Source of the DNA: Octopus sinensis
Lineage: Eukaryota
Assembly (NCBI RefSeq): GCF_006345805.1
Contig: NC_043023.1
Span: forward strand, 21,080,001-21,144,000
Length of the DNA: 64,000 nucleotides
Direction of reading: 5' to 3'
Part shown: one piece after another, positions 53,085 through 64,000 of the stretch
Numbering within the stretch: position 1 is the first letter of the stretch
Layout of the letters: the number at the start of each line of letters is the position of its first letter
Position numbers and translations under genes: made by a program
Notes under the pieces: generated by a model
Database searches by the model: none
What the model was told of the DNA's origin: nothing
The model's input: only the letters and a program-made list of their open reading frames with translations

Positions 53085-54213
53085 TCTATATATATAAAGC
53101 TGAAGTTGTCTGTGTGTGTGTGACAGGTTTAGTAGCCTTCAACTAACACTATCTCCTCCGAGACCCTGCGGCGCATGTTGACCAAAATTGAGAGTATGAT
53201 AGAAGAAGGCTTGCTCTTCATTCCGTAGAAGATAAAATTCAAATTGGACCATGTTAACACCAAAAATTATCTTTATATATATAAAGATGAAGTTGTCTGT
53301 CTGTGTGTGTGTAACAGGTTTAGTAGTCTTCAACTAACACTATCTCCTCCGAGACCCTGCGGCGCAAGTTGACCGAAATTGAGAGTATGATAGAAGAAGG
53401 CTTGCTCTTCATTCCATAGAAGAAAAAATTCAAATTGGACCATGTTAACACCAAAAATTATCTTTATATATATAAAGATGAAGTTGTCTGTCTGTGTGTG
53501 TGTAACAGGTTTAGTAGTCTTCAACTAACACTATCTCCTCCGAGACCCTGCAGCGCAAGTTGATCAAAATTGAGAGTATGATAGAAGAAGGCTTGCTCTT
53601 CCTTCCATAGAAGAAAAAATTCAAATTGGACCATGTTCACACCAAAAATTATCTTTATATATATAAAGCTGAAGTTGTCTGTGTATGGCAGGTTTGGTAG
53701 CCTTCAACTAACACTATCTCCTCTGAGACCTTGTGGCGCAAGTTGACCAAAATTGAGAGTATGATAGAAGAAGGCTTGCTCCTCATTCAGTAGAATTGGA
53801 CCATGTTAACACCAAAAATTATTTACATCAAAATGGTGCTTTTTTTCTATGAAAATCCCTATTTTTTACGATTTTTTTACTGCTGTGTCGCCATTTTTCG
53901 GTGTATTTCAACCAGAAAAATGTTCACTTAAAGAGAATAACAAGCTACATAATGCAAAATTTTTACTTTTCAAAAATTCCAATTCTAAAGGGTCGAAAAT
54001 AATTTTTTTGTGATGTCATTGGTTTTGAGCGAACGTCGGATCAGCTGATCCAATGCAGAGGAGAGCACATTCAGAGCAAACTCGACCATTGCCACACTAT
54101 ACTTTTATTCATAGATTGAAACTATGTCAAAACTTTGTTAACGCCACATCAAAGTCTGCCGTTTTAAGCGCAACTAAGAAACAAACCCGAGCAACGCCGG
54201 GTTATATTGCTCG
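53085..54213 (+). mobile_element. Non-autonomous Helitron with its 5' ~191 bp repeated 4 times
   Basis: A|TC start and repeats near 53085, 53271, 53462 and 53653. 3' hairpin cccgagcaacgccggg plus CTCG|T. Confidence 0.8.
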
Positions 54214-54318
54214 TAGTAATCAAAGGGGTCCGTAGATAAAAAAAAAGAAGGTTGAGAACCTTGAGGGAGGCGGCGGGGGGGGAGGTAGTTCAGTTTCATT
54301 CCATGACGTAGATAGACC

Positions 54319-54920
54319 TATTTCTTTACTACCCACAAGGGGCTAAACATAGAGGGGACAAACACGGACAGACATAGGTATTAAGTCGATTACATCGACC
54401 CCAGTGTGTAACTGGTACTTAATTTATCGACCCCGAAAGGATGAAAGGTAAAGTCGACCTCGGCGGAATTTGAACTCAGAACGTAGCGGCACACGAAATA
54501 CCTATTTCTTTACTATCCACAAGGGGCTAAACACAGAGAGGACAAATAAGGACAGACAAACGGATTAAGTCGATTACATCGACCCCAGTGCGTAACTGGT
54601 ACTTAATTTCATCGATCCCGAAAGGATGAAAGGCAAAGTCGACCTCGGCGGAATTTGAACTCAGAACGTAACGACAGACGAAATACCTATTTCTTTACTA
54701 CCCACAAGGGGCTAAACACAGAGGGGACAAACAAGGACAAACAAACAGATTAAGTCGATTACATCGACCCCAGTGCGTAACTGGTACTTAAATTATCGGC
54801 CCCGAAAGGATGAAAGGTAAAGTCGACCTCGGCGGAATTTGAACTCAGAACGTAACGGCAGACGAAATACCGCTAAGCATTTCGCCCGTCGTGCTAACGT
54901 TTCTGCCAGCTCTCCGCCAA
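54319..54920 (-). mobile_element. SINE B, head plus 3 modules
   Basis: 16-bp TSD atgacgtagatagacc (54303-54318, 54921-54936). Confidence 0.92.
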
Positions 54921-55259
54921 ATGACGTAGATAGACCGTCGATGTTTAGCAGTCATGGAGTAAGAGATGCAGAAACGATTGCACGACCCACTTTCATTAAA
55001 ACAAACCAGGTTTATATACAAACATAATTCTACTTGCTTCGAGACATTATTACACATATTTCACACATATTTCACACACAATGTCGTACTATCTCGAGGT
55101 ACCAGAGATTTTCAAATAAGATTGTTACAAAGATGACTTTAATACGAGTAAATGATTTCGTTTTTGTTAAATGTCATGCGAACGAAACAAATATAAAATG
55201 GCTGCCGGAATGACGTTAAAGTCGTACGCCTACTGAAGTCTTTAATCTCAATGGCCGAC

Positions 55260-56200
55260 ATAATGTTACATTGTATTATTTCATATATACACACATATAC
55301 ACCACCTCATATGTACATACATGTGTGTATTATTATATACATGCATGTGTATTATTATATATATACAAACATATACAACACCTCATATATACATACATGT
55401 GTGTATTATTTTATATATGCACACATATACACCACCTTATAAATACATACATGTGTGTATTATTTTATACATGCAAGTGTGTATTATTATATATATATAC
55501 ACACATATACACCACCTCATGTGTGTATTATTTCATATATACCACCTCATATATACATGTGTGTATTGTTTCATATATACATACATATACACCACCTCAT
55601 ATATACATACATGTGTGTATTATTTCATATATACATACATATACGCCACCTCATATGTACATATATGTGTGTATTATTTTATACATACATGTCTGTATTA
55701 TTTTATACACACACACATATACACCACCTCATATGTACATACATGTGTGTATTATTATATACATACATGTCTGTATTATTTTATATATGCACACATATAC
55801 ACCACCTCATATATATATATACATGTGTGTATTATTTTATACATTCATGTGTGTATTATTTTATATATACACATATATACACCCCCACATATATACATGC
55901 ATGTGTGTATTATTTTATATATGCACACATATACACCACCTCATATATATATACATATGTGTATTATTTTATACATATATGTGTGTATTATTTCATACAT
56001 ATATGAGTGTATTATTCTATATATACATACATATACACCACCTCATATATACATACAAGGTTGTGTATTATTTTTTATATACACACATATACACCACCTC
56101 ATATATACATATATGTGTGTACTATTTTATACAAATATGTGTGTATCGTTTTATATATACACACATATACACCACCTCATATATGCATACATGTGTGTGT
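55260..56200. repeat. ~45-55-bp minisatellite (catatacaccacctcatatatacatacatgtgtgtattatttt); another unit at 61215-61305
   Basis: caccacctcat recurs many times. Confidence 0.85.
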
Positions 56201-56833
56201 CTGTGTGTGGATATATGTATGCATGTATGGATGGATAGATGGATGGATGGATGGATGGATGGATGGATGGATGGATGGACGCATGCATTTGTGTATCTAT
56301 ATATGTGTATGTATGTATGTATGTATATACTTGTTTGTGTGTGTATGTATTAATGAATATGTATGTACGAATTAATATATGCATATATACATGAGTGTGT
56401 CTGTGTGTGGATATATGTATGATGGATGGATGGAAGGATGGATGGATGGTTGGAGGCATGCATACATTTGTGTATGTATGTGTGTATGTATGTATATCTG
56501 TACTTGTGTGTGTACGTATGAATGGATGTGTATGTGTACATATGTATGTACGAATTAATATATGTATATATACATCTGTGTGTATATTTATGTAAACGTT
56601 ATTCTAGCTGTCTAAATATATTTATATTGTTATAAATTGTGCGTGTACATGTGTGTGTGTGTGTGTGTGTGTAGTTATCCAACTGCATATATGCACACAA
56701 GCTGAGCCACTATACACACACATGTACACACACACACACGCACATATATATATAAAGAAAGAGAGAAAGAAAGTTGAACTTTATTTTACATAGAAACAAA
56801 TATATATATCATGTGTATATATATGTGTATGTG

Positions 56834-56903
<70 letters not shown>

Positions 56904-57144
56904 GAAAGAATGGAGTCGAACGAAGATGTTAACAAAATTCCTTTACTCTCGACACATGTTTCGAAGACAGCATATTTTCATTCCGAAGGAATAAAGGGTG
57001 CATTATGCAATCTTCTCATCAGGAAAGAAAAGGAGCCTTTCTACCGAAAGAAAAGAAGCCTTTCTGAGATGAATTGCTACCCAGATTTCGATTAAACAAA
57101 TTTTCCATGCTGACGATAAACATAGGATAATTCATTCACCTACT

Positions 57145-57196
<52 letters not shown>

Positions 57197-57400
57197 ATAA
57201 TATATATTAATCAATTTAGGGTAGCAAAAATTCAGTAAAAATTATCGCTACCAGCGGCCTGGTGGAAAAGAGAAAATAGTCAAAGACTAAATATGTATAA
57301 ATATAACAATTTAGGAATGGAATTACACTACTTGGCGGTTGGAGTTCTGGCTGCTCTTCTGGTGGACGAATGGCCTGTTTAGGCCATTCCTAAATTGTTA

Positions 57401-57447
<47 letters not shown>

Positions 57448-57703
57448 GCAGATATATACATATGCGTATATGCATATATTATTCAATTCTATATATGCAT
57501 GTGTGTAGTGTATATACATATATACATACATACATACATACATACATCCAGTTTGGCATTATTAAACACTTCATTAGACACCAGTTGTGCTGGAACGAAA
57601 CAATAACAAACTTAACTGTTTTTTGTTCCACCGTTGCTGTCTACTGACGAACCGTGTATTCGTGGATATTCGTGAGTAACGCTCTTTCTCTCTCTCTCTC
57701 TCC

Positions 57704-57757
<54 letters not shown>

Positions 57758-58001
57758 CAAATAAGAAAATGGAGAAACAATTTAGTTGGTTCATCAGCTT
57801 TAGGATATTAGAATGTTGAATTATTTATTTATTTAACAAATCGAGAATCATAATAACATACATACATATATACATTATAATTCAATACGTATAAGATAAT
57901 ACAATTATGAATATCTTAATATATGCACAGGAGTGTAAGTATATAGACGCATATATATACATGTAAATATATATATATATACATGTATATATATATACAC
58001 A

Positions 58002-58037
<36 letters not shown>

Positions 58038-58039
<2 letters not shown>

Positions 58040-58427
58040 TGTAGGAGTGGCTGTGTGGTAAGTAGCTTGCTTACCAACCACATGGTTCCGGGTTCAGTCC
58101 CACTGCGTGGCACCTTGGGCAAGTGTCTTCTACTATAGCCTAGGGCCGACCAAAGCCTTGTGATTGGATTTGGTAGATGGAAACTGAAAGAAGCCCGTCG
58201 TGTATATGTATATTTATATATATACATGTCTGTGTGTATGATGTGTATCTGCGTTTGACAACCGATGCTGGTGTGTTTACGTCCCCGTAACTTAGCGGTT
58301 CGGCAAAAGAGACCGATAGACTAAGTACTAGGCTTCCGAAGAATAATTCCTGGGGTCGATTTGGTTCGACTAAATGCGGTGCTCCAGCATGGCCACAGTC
58401 ATGAAACAAGTAAAAGCGTAAAAGAGT
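58038..58427 (+). mobile_element. SINE A
   Basis: Full copy after (TA)n. Confidence 0.9.
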
Positions 58428-58495
58428 ATATGCATATATGTAGTTATATACGTACATATATGCATATATGTATATATGTATATATATATATATAT

Positions 58496-59218
58496 AAAAT
58501 AATAGTTATCGCCATACTAATATGGCATTCTTATAAAAATAAGAAAAAAAGCTGTCCGCTTATTAGCTCCATGAGGCCATCGCCTTAAGTTAGCTATTTG
58601 ATACACAAACTGTATCCAAATAACCTTCGAACAAGTAGTGTGGAGCGACTGACCTCCCTTGTTCGAAGGTTATATGGATACAGTTTGTGTATCAAATAGC
58701 TAACTTAAGGCGATGGCCTCATGGAGCTAATAAGCGGACAGCTTTTTTCTTATTTTTATAAGAATGCCATATTAGTATGGCGATAACTATTATTTTCCGG
58801 GAACGCTGCCGCTGTTCTCTTTTAGAGAGACTTAGTTATTTTAATATTTCTATTATTGAAAACAAGTGGATGTATTCCACCGAAACTAGGTAAATAAAAC
58901 CATCGAACAGAGATTGTCGGAAGCGACACCTACTGGCTGGCTACGCTGCATTGAAAAGGGGCAATACCCCGAAACGCGTCTGTAGCTGCCGGTCAAGTAG
59001 TGTGGAGCGACTGACCTCCCTTGTTCGAAGGTTATATGGATACAGTTTGTGTATCAAATAGCTAACTTAAGGCGATGGCCTCATGGAGCTAATAAGCGGA
59101 CAGCTTTTTTTCTTATTTTTATAAGAATGCCATATTAGTATGGCGATAACTATTATTTTCCGGGAACGCTGCCGCTGTTCTCTTTTAGAGAGACTTAGTT
59201 ATTTTAATATTTCTATTA
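58496..59218 (+). mobile_element. 362-bp hammerhead-containing repeat: ~1.6 tandem units plus a 140-bp inverted 5' arm, inside (TA)n
   Basis: caagtagtgtggagcg at 58632 and 58994. Arms 58496-58635 and 58658-58796. Confidence 0.82.
58945..58986 (+). ncRNA. Minimal type-I hammerhead ribozyme, U3-A8 core variant
   Basis: gctgca TTGAAAA gggg-caata-cccc GAAAC gc GTC| tgtagc. Predicted cleavage after 58980. Confidence 0.78.
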
Positions 59219-59236
59219 TATATATATATATATATA

Positions 59237-60700
59237 TATAAAATATTATTAGAGACAAAACCACTATTTTGCAAAACAAACAAGGAAAGACTTAATCAAT
59301 ACATAAAATTTTAATAAATAGTCATTATTTTAAAAGATGTTCGTTTCCAGAGCGGTTATACTTTTTATACATATGTTAAGTTCCTTGGTAAAGTAATTTT
59401 GTTTGGTGTATATGTTGAGGCTTATATGTACTTGTGGGTGTGTGTGAGTGGGGTGGGTGTTTGTATTTGTTATGGGTGTGTGGTTTACGTGTGTGTATTT
59501 GTGTGTGAATGTATAGGTTAAAGGGATTGCTATATAAGTATGTTATAGTGTTTAGTAAAGGGAGGTTTTATCATTTATGTTTTGTGAGTTTTAGCTTATC
59601 ATGGTAGTTTTATAAAAGAATCCATTCATAATTTTTGTGTTTATTTGTCTGTGTGGGGTTGAGTGGGTTTTTGGAGTATATGTTGAGGTTTATATGTATG
59701 TATAGGTATGTGTAAGTGGTGTGGGTATTTGTATATGTCGTGGGTGTGTGGTTTACGTGTGTGTATTTGTGTGTGAATGTTTAGGTTAGGGGGATTGCTA
59801 TATAGGTATGTTATAGAGTTTAGTAAAGGGAGATTTTATCATTATATGTTTTTATGAGTTTTGGTTTATCATGGTAGGTTTGTTAAGGAATTCGTAGTAA
59901 TTTGTGTCTATTTGCGATGTCTGTTGTTTTATTGCATTGTTTCATTCATAATTTTTAAGTAGTGTTCGTTTTACCAAGTGAATATAATTTTTAATTCCAT
60001 TATTCCATTTCTCCGTTCATAATTTTAAGTGATGTCCGTTTTCTAGAGCGTGAATGTGGGTTGTATGTGTGTGTGTGTGGGAGTATGAATAAGTATTGTG
60101 TTGAAGTATTTAGCTATTTTATTTATTTATAGTTGCCTAGACGTTTTTATGTGTATGTATAGGGATATATATATAGGGGTGTGATTTAGTGTATGTAGTT
60201 AGATATGGTTATATATAATTAGGTATATGTGTATGGGTGTATATATAGTTTATTATTATATTATTATTATTTTTTTGTTTTGTTTTATATTTTATATTTT
60301 ATATTTTATATTTAATTGTTGATAGGTTTATTTTAGTTTATATATTGTTTATATATTGATTATATATGGATTATATATAGGTTATATATGGATTATATAT
60401 TTATATTTTTCATTCATACTTTAATTATTTTAAAATTATTATTTTTATATTTTAAAATATTGATATTTTAGATTGGAAGACCACCTGAAGATTGTCGATC
60501 AAGACAAGAAACAATTGTAGTGGCGGTTTTTTTGACTATTTATTAAAATTTTATGTATTGATTAAGTCTTTCCTTGTTTGTTTTGCAAAATAGTGGTTTT
60601 GTCTCTAATAATATTTTATAATATTTTACTATAAAATTGGATTTAATCCTAAATCTGGTTTTTTTCCCTGTAAATTTGGATTTATTCCCTAATATTTATT
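59237..60700. mobile_element. Penelope-like remnant with an 88-bp inverted terminal segment and an internal ~270-bp-period duplication
   Basis: 59237-59324 is the reverse complement of 60533-60620. A hammerhead lies just before the right arm. Confidence 0.6.
60481..60523 (+). ncRNA. Minimal type-I hammerhead ribozyme with a canonical core
   Basis: ccac CTGAAGA ttgtc-gatcaa-gacaa GAAAC aatt GTA| gtgg. Predicted cleavage after 60519. Confidence 0.8.
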
Positions 60701-60702
60701 AT

Positions 60703-60776
<74 letters not shown>

Positions 60777-60786
60777 TATATATATA

Positions 60787-61199
60787 GGTGCAGGAGTGAC
60801 TGTATGGTAAGTAGCTTGCTTACCAACACATGGGTCCGGGTTCAGTCCCACTGCGTGGCACCTTGGGCAAGTGTCTTCTGCTATAGCCCCGGGCTGACCA
60901 ATGCCTTGTGAGTGGATTTGGTAGACGGAAACTTAAAGAAGCCTGTCGTATATATATATGTGTGTGTGTGTATGTGTTTCTGTGTCTGTGTTTGTTCCCT
61001 AGCATTGCTTGACTACCGATGCTGGTGTGTTTACGTCCCTGTCACCTAGCGGTTCGGCAAAAGAGACCGATAGAATAAGTACTGGGCTTACAATAGAATA
61101 AGTCCCGGGGTCGAGTTGCTCGATTGTAGGTGGTGCTCCAGCATGGCCGCAGTCAAATGACTGAAACAAGTAAAAGAGTAAAAGAGAGAGTAAAGAGTA
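60787..61199 (+). mobile_element. SINE A
   Basis: Full copy after (TA)n. Confidence 0.9.
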
Positions 61200-61667
61200 T
61201 ATATATATATATATACATGCATGTATATATATATTATTTTATATGTACACACATATACACCACCTCATATATACATATATGTGTGTATTATTTCATACAC
61301 ACACAGGAATAAAGCTAAAGATTTTCATCAAATTCCTTTAACAAATTGAATTTTCTATAATCGATCAATCGATCAATTTCGATAGGAAACAATTGAAAAA
61401 ACAAACAATATATCTTTTCTGTAAGTAACTGAGAATTTATTCGAAATAAGAAGCTCATAAAGATCTCAAAATAGAGACAACCAAATAGCGTGTATTATAA
61501 TACAGAAACCAGGAGCCGCGTACGTCGTGTGTGTGTGGCGCGGGTTTGTTATTCTGTTATCCGTTTCAGCCGGGAGATCGAATCATGCTGGAGCACTGAC
61601 ATTTTGCTTGTTTATTTTCGGCTCACTTCACGATCGTGTTGCCGTCATACATATATATACATGTATA

Positions 61668-61734
<67 letters not shown>

Positions 61735-61736
<2 letters not shown>

Positions 61737-61881
61737 CGCAGGAGTGGCTGTGTGGTAAGTAGCTTGCTTACCAACCACATGGTTCCGGGTTCAGTCCCAC
61801 TGCGTGGCACCTTGGGCAAGTGTCTTCTACTATAACCTAGGTCCCACCAAAGTCTTGTGGAAACTGAAAGAAGCCCGTCGT
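61735..61881 (+). mobile_element. SINE A 5' half with an internal deletion
   Basis: Follows (TA)n. Confidence 0.85.
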
Positions 61882-62184
61882 ATATATATGTACGTATATA
61901 TATACATGTATGTGTGTATGATGTGTACCACCAGTGGTCCTGGTGTAGTAGTTAGTTGGACAGAGCTGCCCTTCTTTGAGGGGTTTTATTTATGAGGGAG
62001 TGGGGTGTGTTCTTGCTGTGGTGTGGGTCCATCGGGTATGTCGTAGAAAGATCTGTGTAATTGTACTTTGAACACATCTACGTGGACACCTTGTAGAAAT
62101 CATTGTTGCGAATATATTGAAAGGTTGTCATAGAGACACAAGCTGTTTCAATCTTGGGTTTATATTTTCGACGATCATGTTGGA

Positions 62185-62220
<36 letters not shown>

Positions 62221-62240
62221 TGTATTCTCATTTATGAGTA

Positions 62241-62398
62241 GTAGAAAATACAGGTGCTACTCATTTTTGCCAGCTGAGTGGAACTGGGGCAACGTGAAAT
62301 AAAATGTCTTGCTCAAGGACACAACACGGGGCCGGGAACCGAACTCACAACCTGACGATCACGAGCCGAATGCCCTAACCATTAAACCACGCGCCCTC
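62241..62398 (-). mobile_element. SINE head D with a truncated tail-1-like start
   Basis: Matches 10190-10335. Confidence 0.75.
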
Positions 62399-62430
62399 AC
62401 ATATCAAATACATGAAATGCAAAAAAACTA

Positions 62431-62840
62431 TACTTTTACTTTACTTTTACTTTTTTCAGTCATTTTGACTGCGGCCATGCTGGAGCACCGCCTTTAATCG
62501 AGCAACTCGACCCCGGGACTTATTCTTTGTAAGCCTAGTACTTATTCTATCGGCCTCTTTTTGCCGAACCGCTAAGTGACAGGGACATAAACACACCAGT
62601 ATCGGTTGTCAAGCAATGCTAGAGGGACAAACACAGACACACACACACACATAGATATATATATACATACATATATACGACAGGCTTCTTTCAGTTTCCG
62701 TCTACCAAATCCACTCACAAGGCATTGGTCGGCCCGGGGCTATAGCAGAAGACACTTGCCCAAGGTGCCACGTAGTGGGACTGAACCCGGAACCATTTGG
62801 TTGGTAAGCAAGCTACTTACCACACAGCCACTCCACGCCT
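62431..62840 (-). mobile_element. SINE A
   Basis: Full copy. Confidence 0.9.
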
Positions 62841-63055
62841 ATATATGTGTTTTCGAGAAAAAAAGGTTCGACTTACACAGAATACATACGATGTGGGGTT
62901 TAGGAAAAGTATTATAAATCCAACAACTTTTTCTGGGGACCAGTTGGTCCCAGATAATGTTTGTTGATAGATTTCCATCGTAGGACGAGACGAAGCGATC
63001 TGGCATTTGGGGTGTTAAAGAAAAGACGTACAAAACCATGGACTTTATATATATA

Positions 63056-63218
63056 GGCGCAGGAGTGGCTGTATGGTAAGTAGCTTGCTAACCAGCCACA
63101 TGATTCCGGGTTCAGTCCCACTGCGTGGGACCTTGGGCAAGTGTCTTCTACTACAGCCTCGGGCCGACCAAAGCCTTGTGAGTGGATTTGGTAGACGGAA
63201 ACTGAAAGAAACCCGTCG

Positions 63219-63276
<58 letters not shown>

Positions 63277-63468
63277 TGTTTGTTCCCCTAGCATTGCTTG
63301 ACAACCGATGCTGGTGTGTTTATGTCCCCGTCACTTAGCGGTTCGGCAAAAGAGACGGATAGAATAAGTACTGGGCTTACAAAGAATAAGTCCCGGGGTC
63401 GAGTTGCTCGACTAAAGGCGGTGCTCCAGCATGGCCGCAGTCAAATGACTGAAACAAGTAAAAGAGTA
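63056..63468 (+). mobile_element. SINE A
   Basis: Full copy after (TA)n. Confidence 0.9.
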
Positions 63469-63506
63469 TTGGTTTGTCTAACTTGCGTATCCCTACATAT
63501 AATTTT

Positions 63507-63807
63507 TTTTTTATTTATGCGCCCTTTTCAAGCCTACCCAGGCTCATGGACCCGGTTTCCCGGTTTCTATGGAGATGTGCCCCCCGCCCCGGCTGGACGG
63601 GACGCCAGTCCATCGCAGCGTTACTCAAGAAACAGTAAAAAGACTGAGAGAAAGTTGGGGTCGCCACCACCCCCTGCCGGAACCTCGTGGAGCTTTAGAG
63701 GTTCTCGCTCAATAAACACACACGACGCCCGGTCTGGGAATCGAAACCGCGATCCTCCGACCGCGAGTCCGCTGCCCTAACTAACCACTGGGCCATTGCG
63801 CCTCCAC
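63507..63807 (-). mobile_element. SINE: head C plus a V-domain-like body (tail 2)
   Basis: Minus strand has GCGATGGACTGGCGTCCCGTCCAG and a poly-A tail. 12-bp TSD acatataatttt (63495-63506, 63808-63819). Confidence 0.82.
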
Positions 63808-64000
63808 ACATATAATTTTAGTTTCTTTATTTTTTTAATTGCCCCTTTTTTTAACCAGGCCCAGTATTTTGTTCCCCATACGTCTTCAGTGGACCTCCAA
63901 AACTGACCAATCAGCGGTTTCTATTCGATCCGTCTGACGTGCTTTCTCTGTATTTCCTGATCGTCATTTTCTCCTATTACGCACTTCATCACCTGTTTTT

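Larger units (their letters stand above)
51287..54263. mobile_element. hAT/Charlie-type MITE shell hosting a Helitron cluster
   Basis: Left end CAGTGGTTCTCAACC and degraded right end GGTTGAGAACCTTG. ~200-bp internal duplication (51440-51835). No TSD match found. Confidence 0.5.

Noticed and set aside
51279-54271. TSD for the hAT-like shell
   Set aside because: The 8-bp flanks (gtgcaaat vs agggaggc) do not match, so the two ends may not belong to one insertion.
63895-63945. CCAAT plus TGACGT as a promoter
   Set aside because: Short motifs expected by chance, with no linked gene in the window.

Overview
AT-rich, repeat-saturated eukaryotic DNA, most likely from an octopus or other coleoid (inferred from the tRNA-headed SINE families, extreme microsatellite load and LINE mix; I cannot confirm the species). 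I recognise no host protein-coding gene, and most supplied ORFs are microsatellite or SINE read-throughs. Contents: ~18 copies of a bipartite CORE-type SINE (my label A), multimeric SINE B, head/tail-shuffled SINEs C and D, RTE, CR1 and R4/Dong LINE fragments, and DNA-type elements (an 8-bp-TSD MITE, piggyBac-type MITEs, a hAT-type shell and Helitrons). An 11.9-kb satellite of ~55 x 215-216 bp arose in place from a SINE A fragment. The most interesting signal is RNA structure: several minimal type-I hammerhead ribozyme motifs in Penelope-like or retrozyme-like repeats. Two of them (36021, 58945) sit in a ~360-bp tandem unit and share a compensatory U3-A8 core plus covarying stems. All alignments, folds and coordinates were done by eye and may be off by a few bases. 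Family labels A-D are mine.
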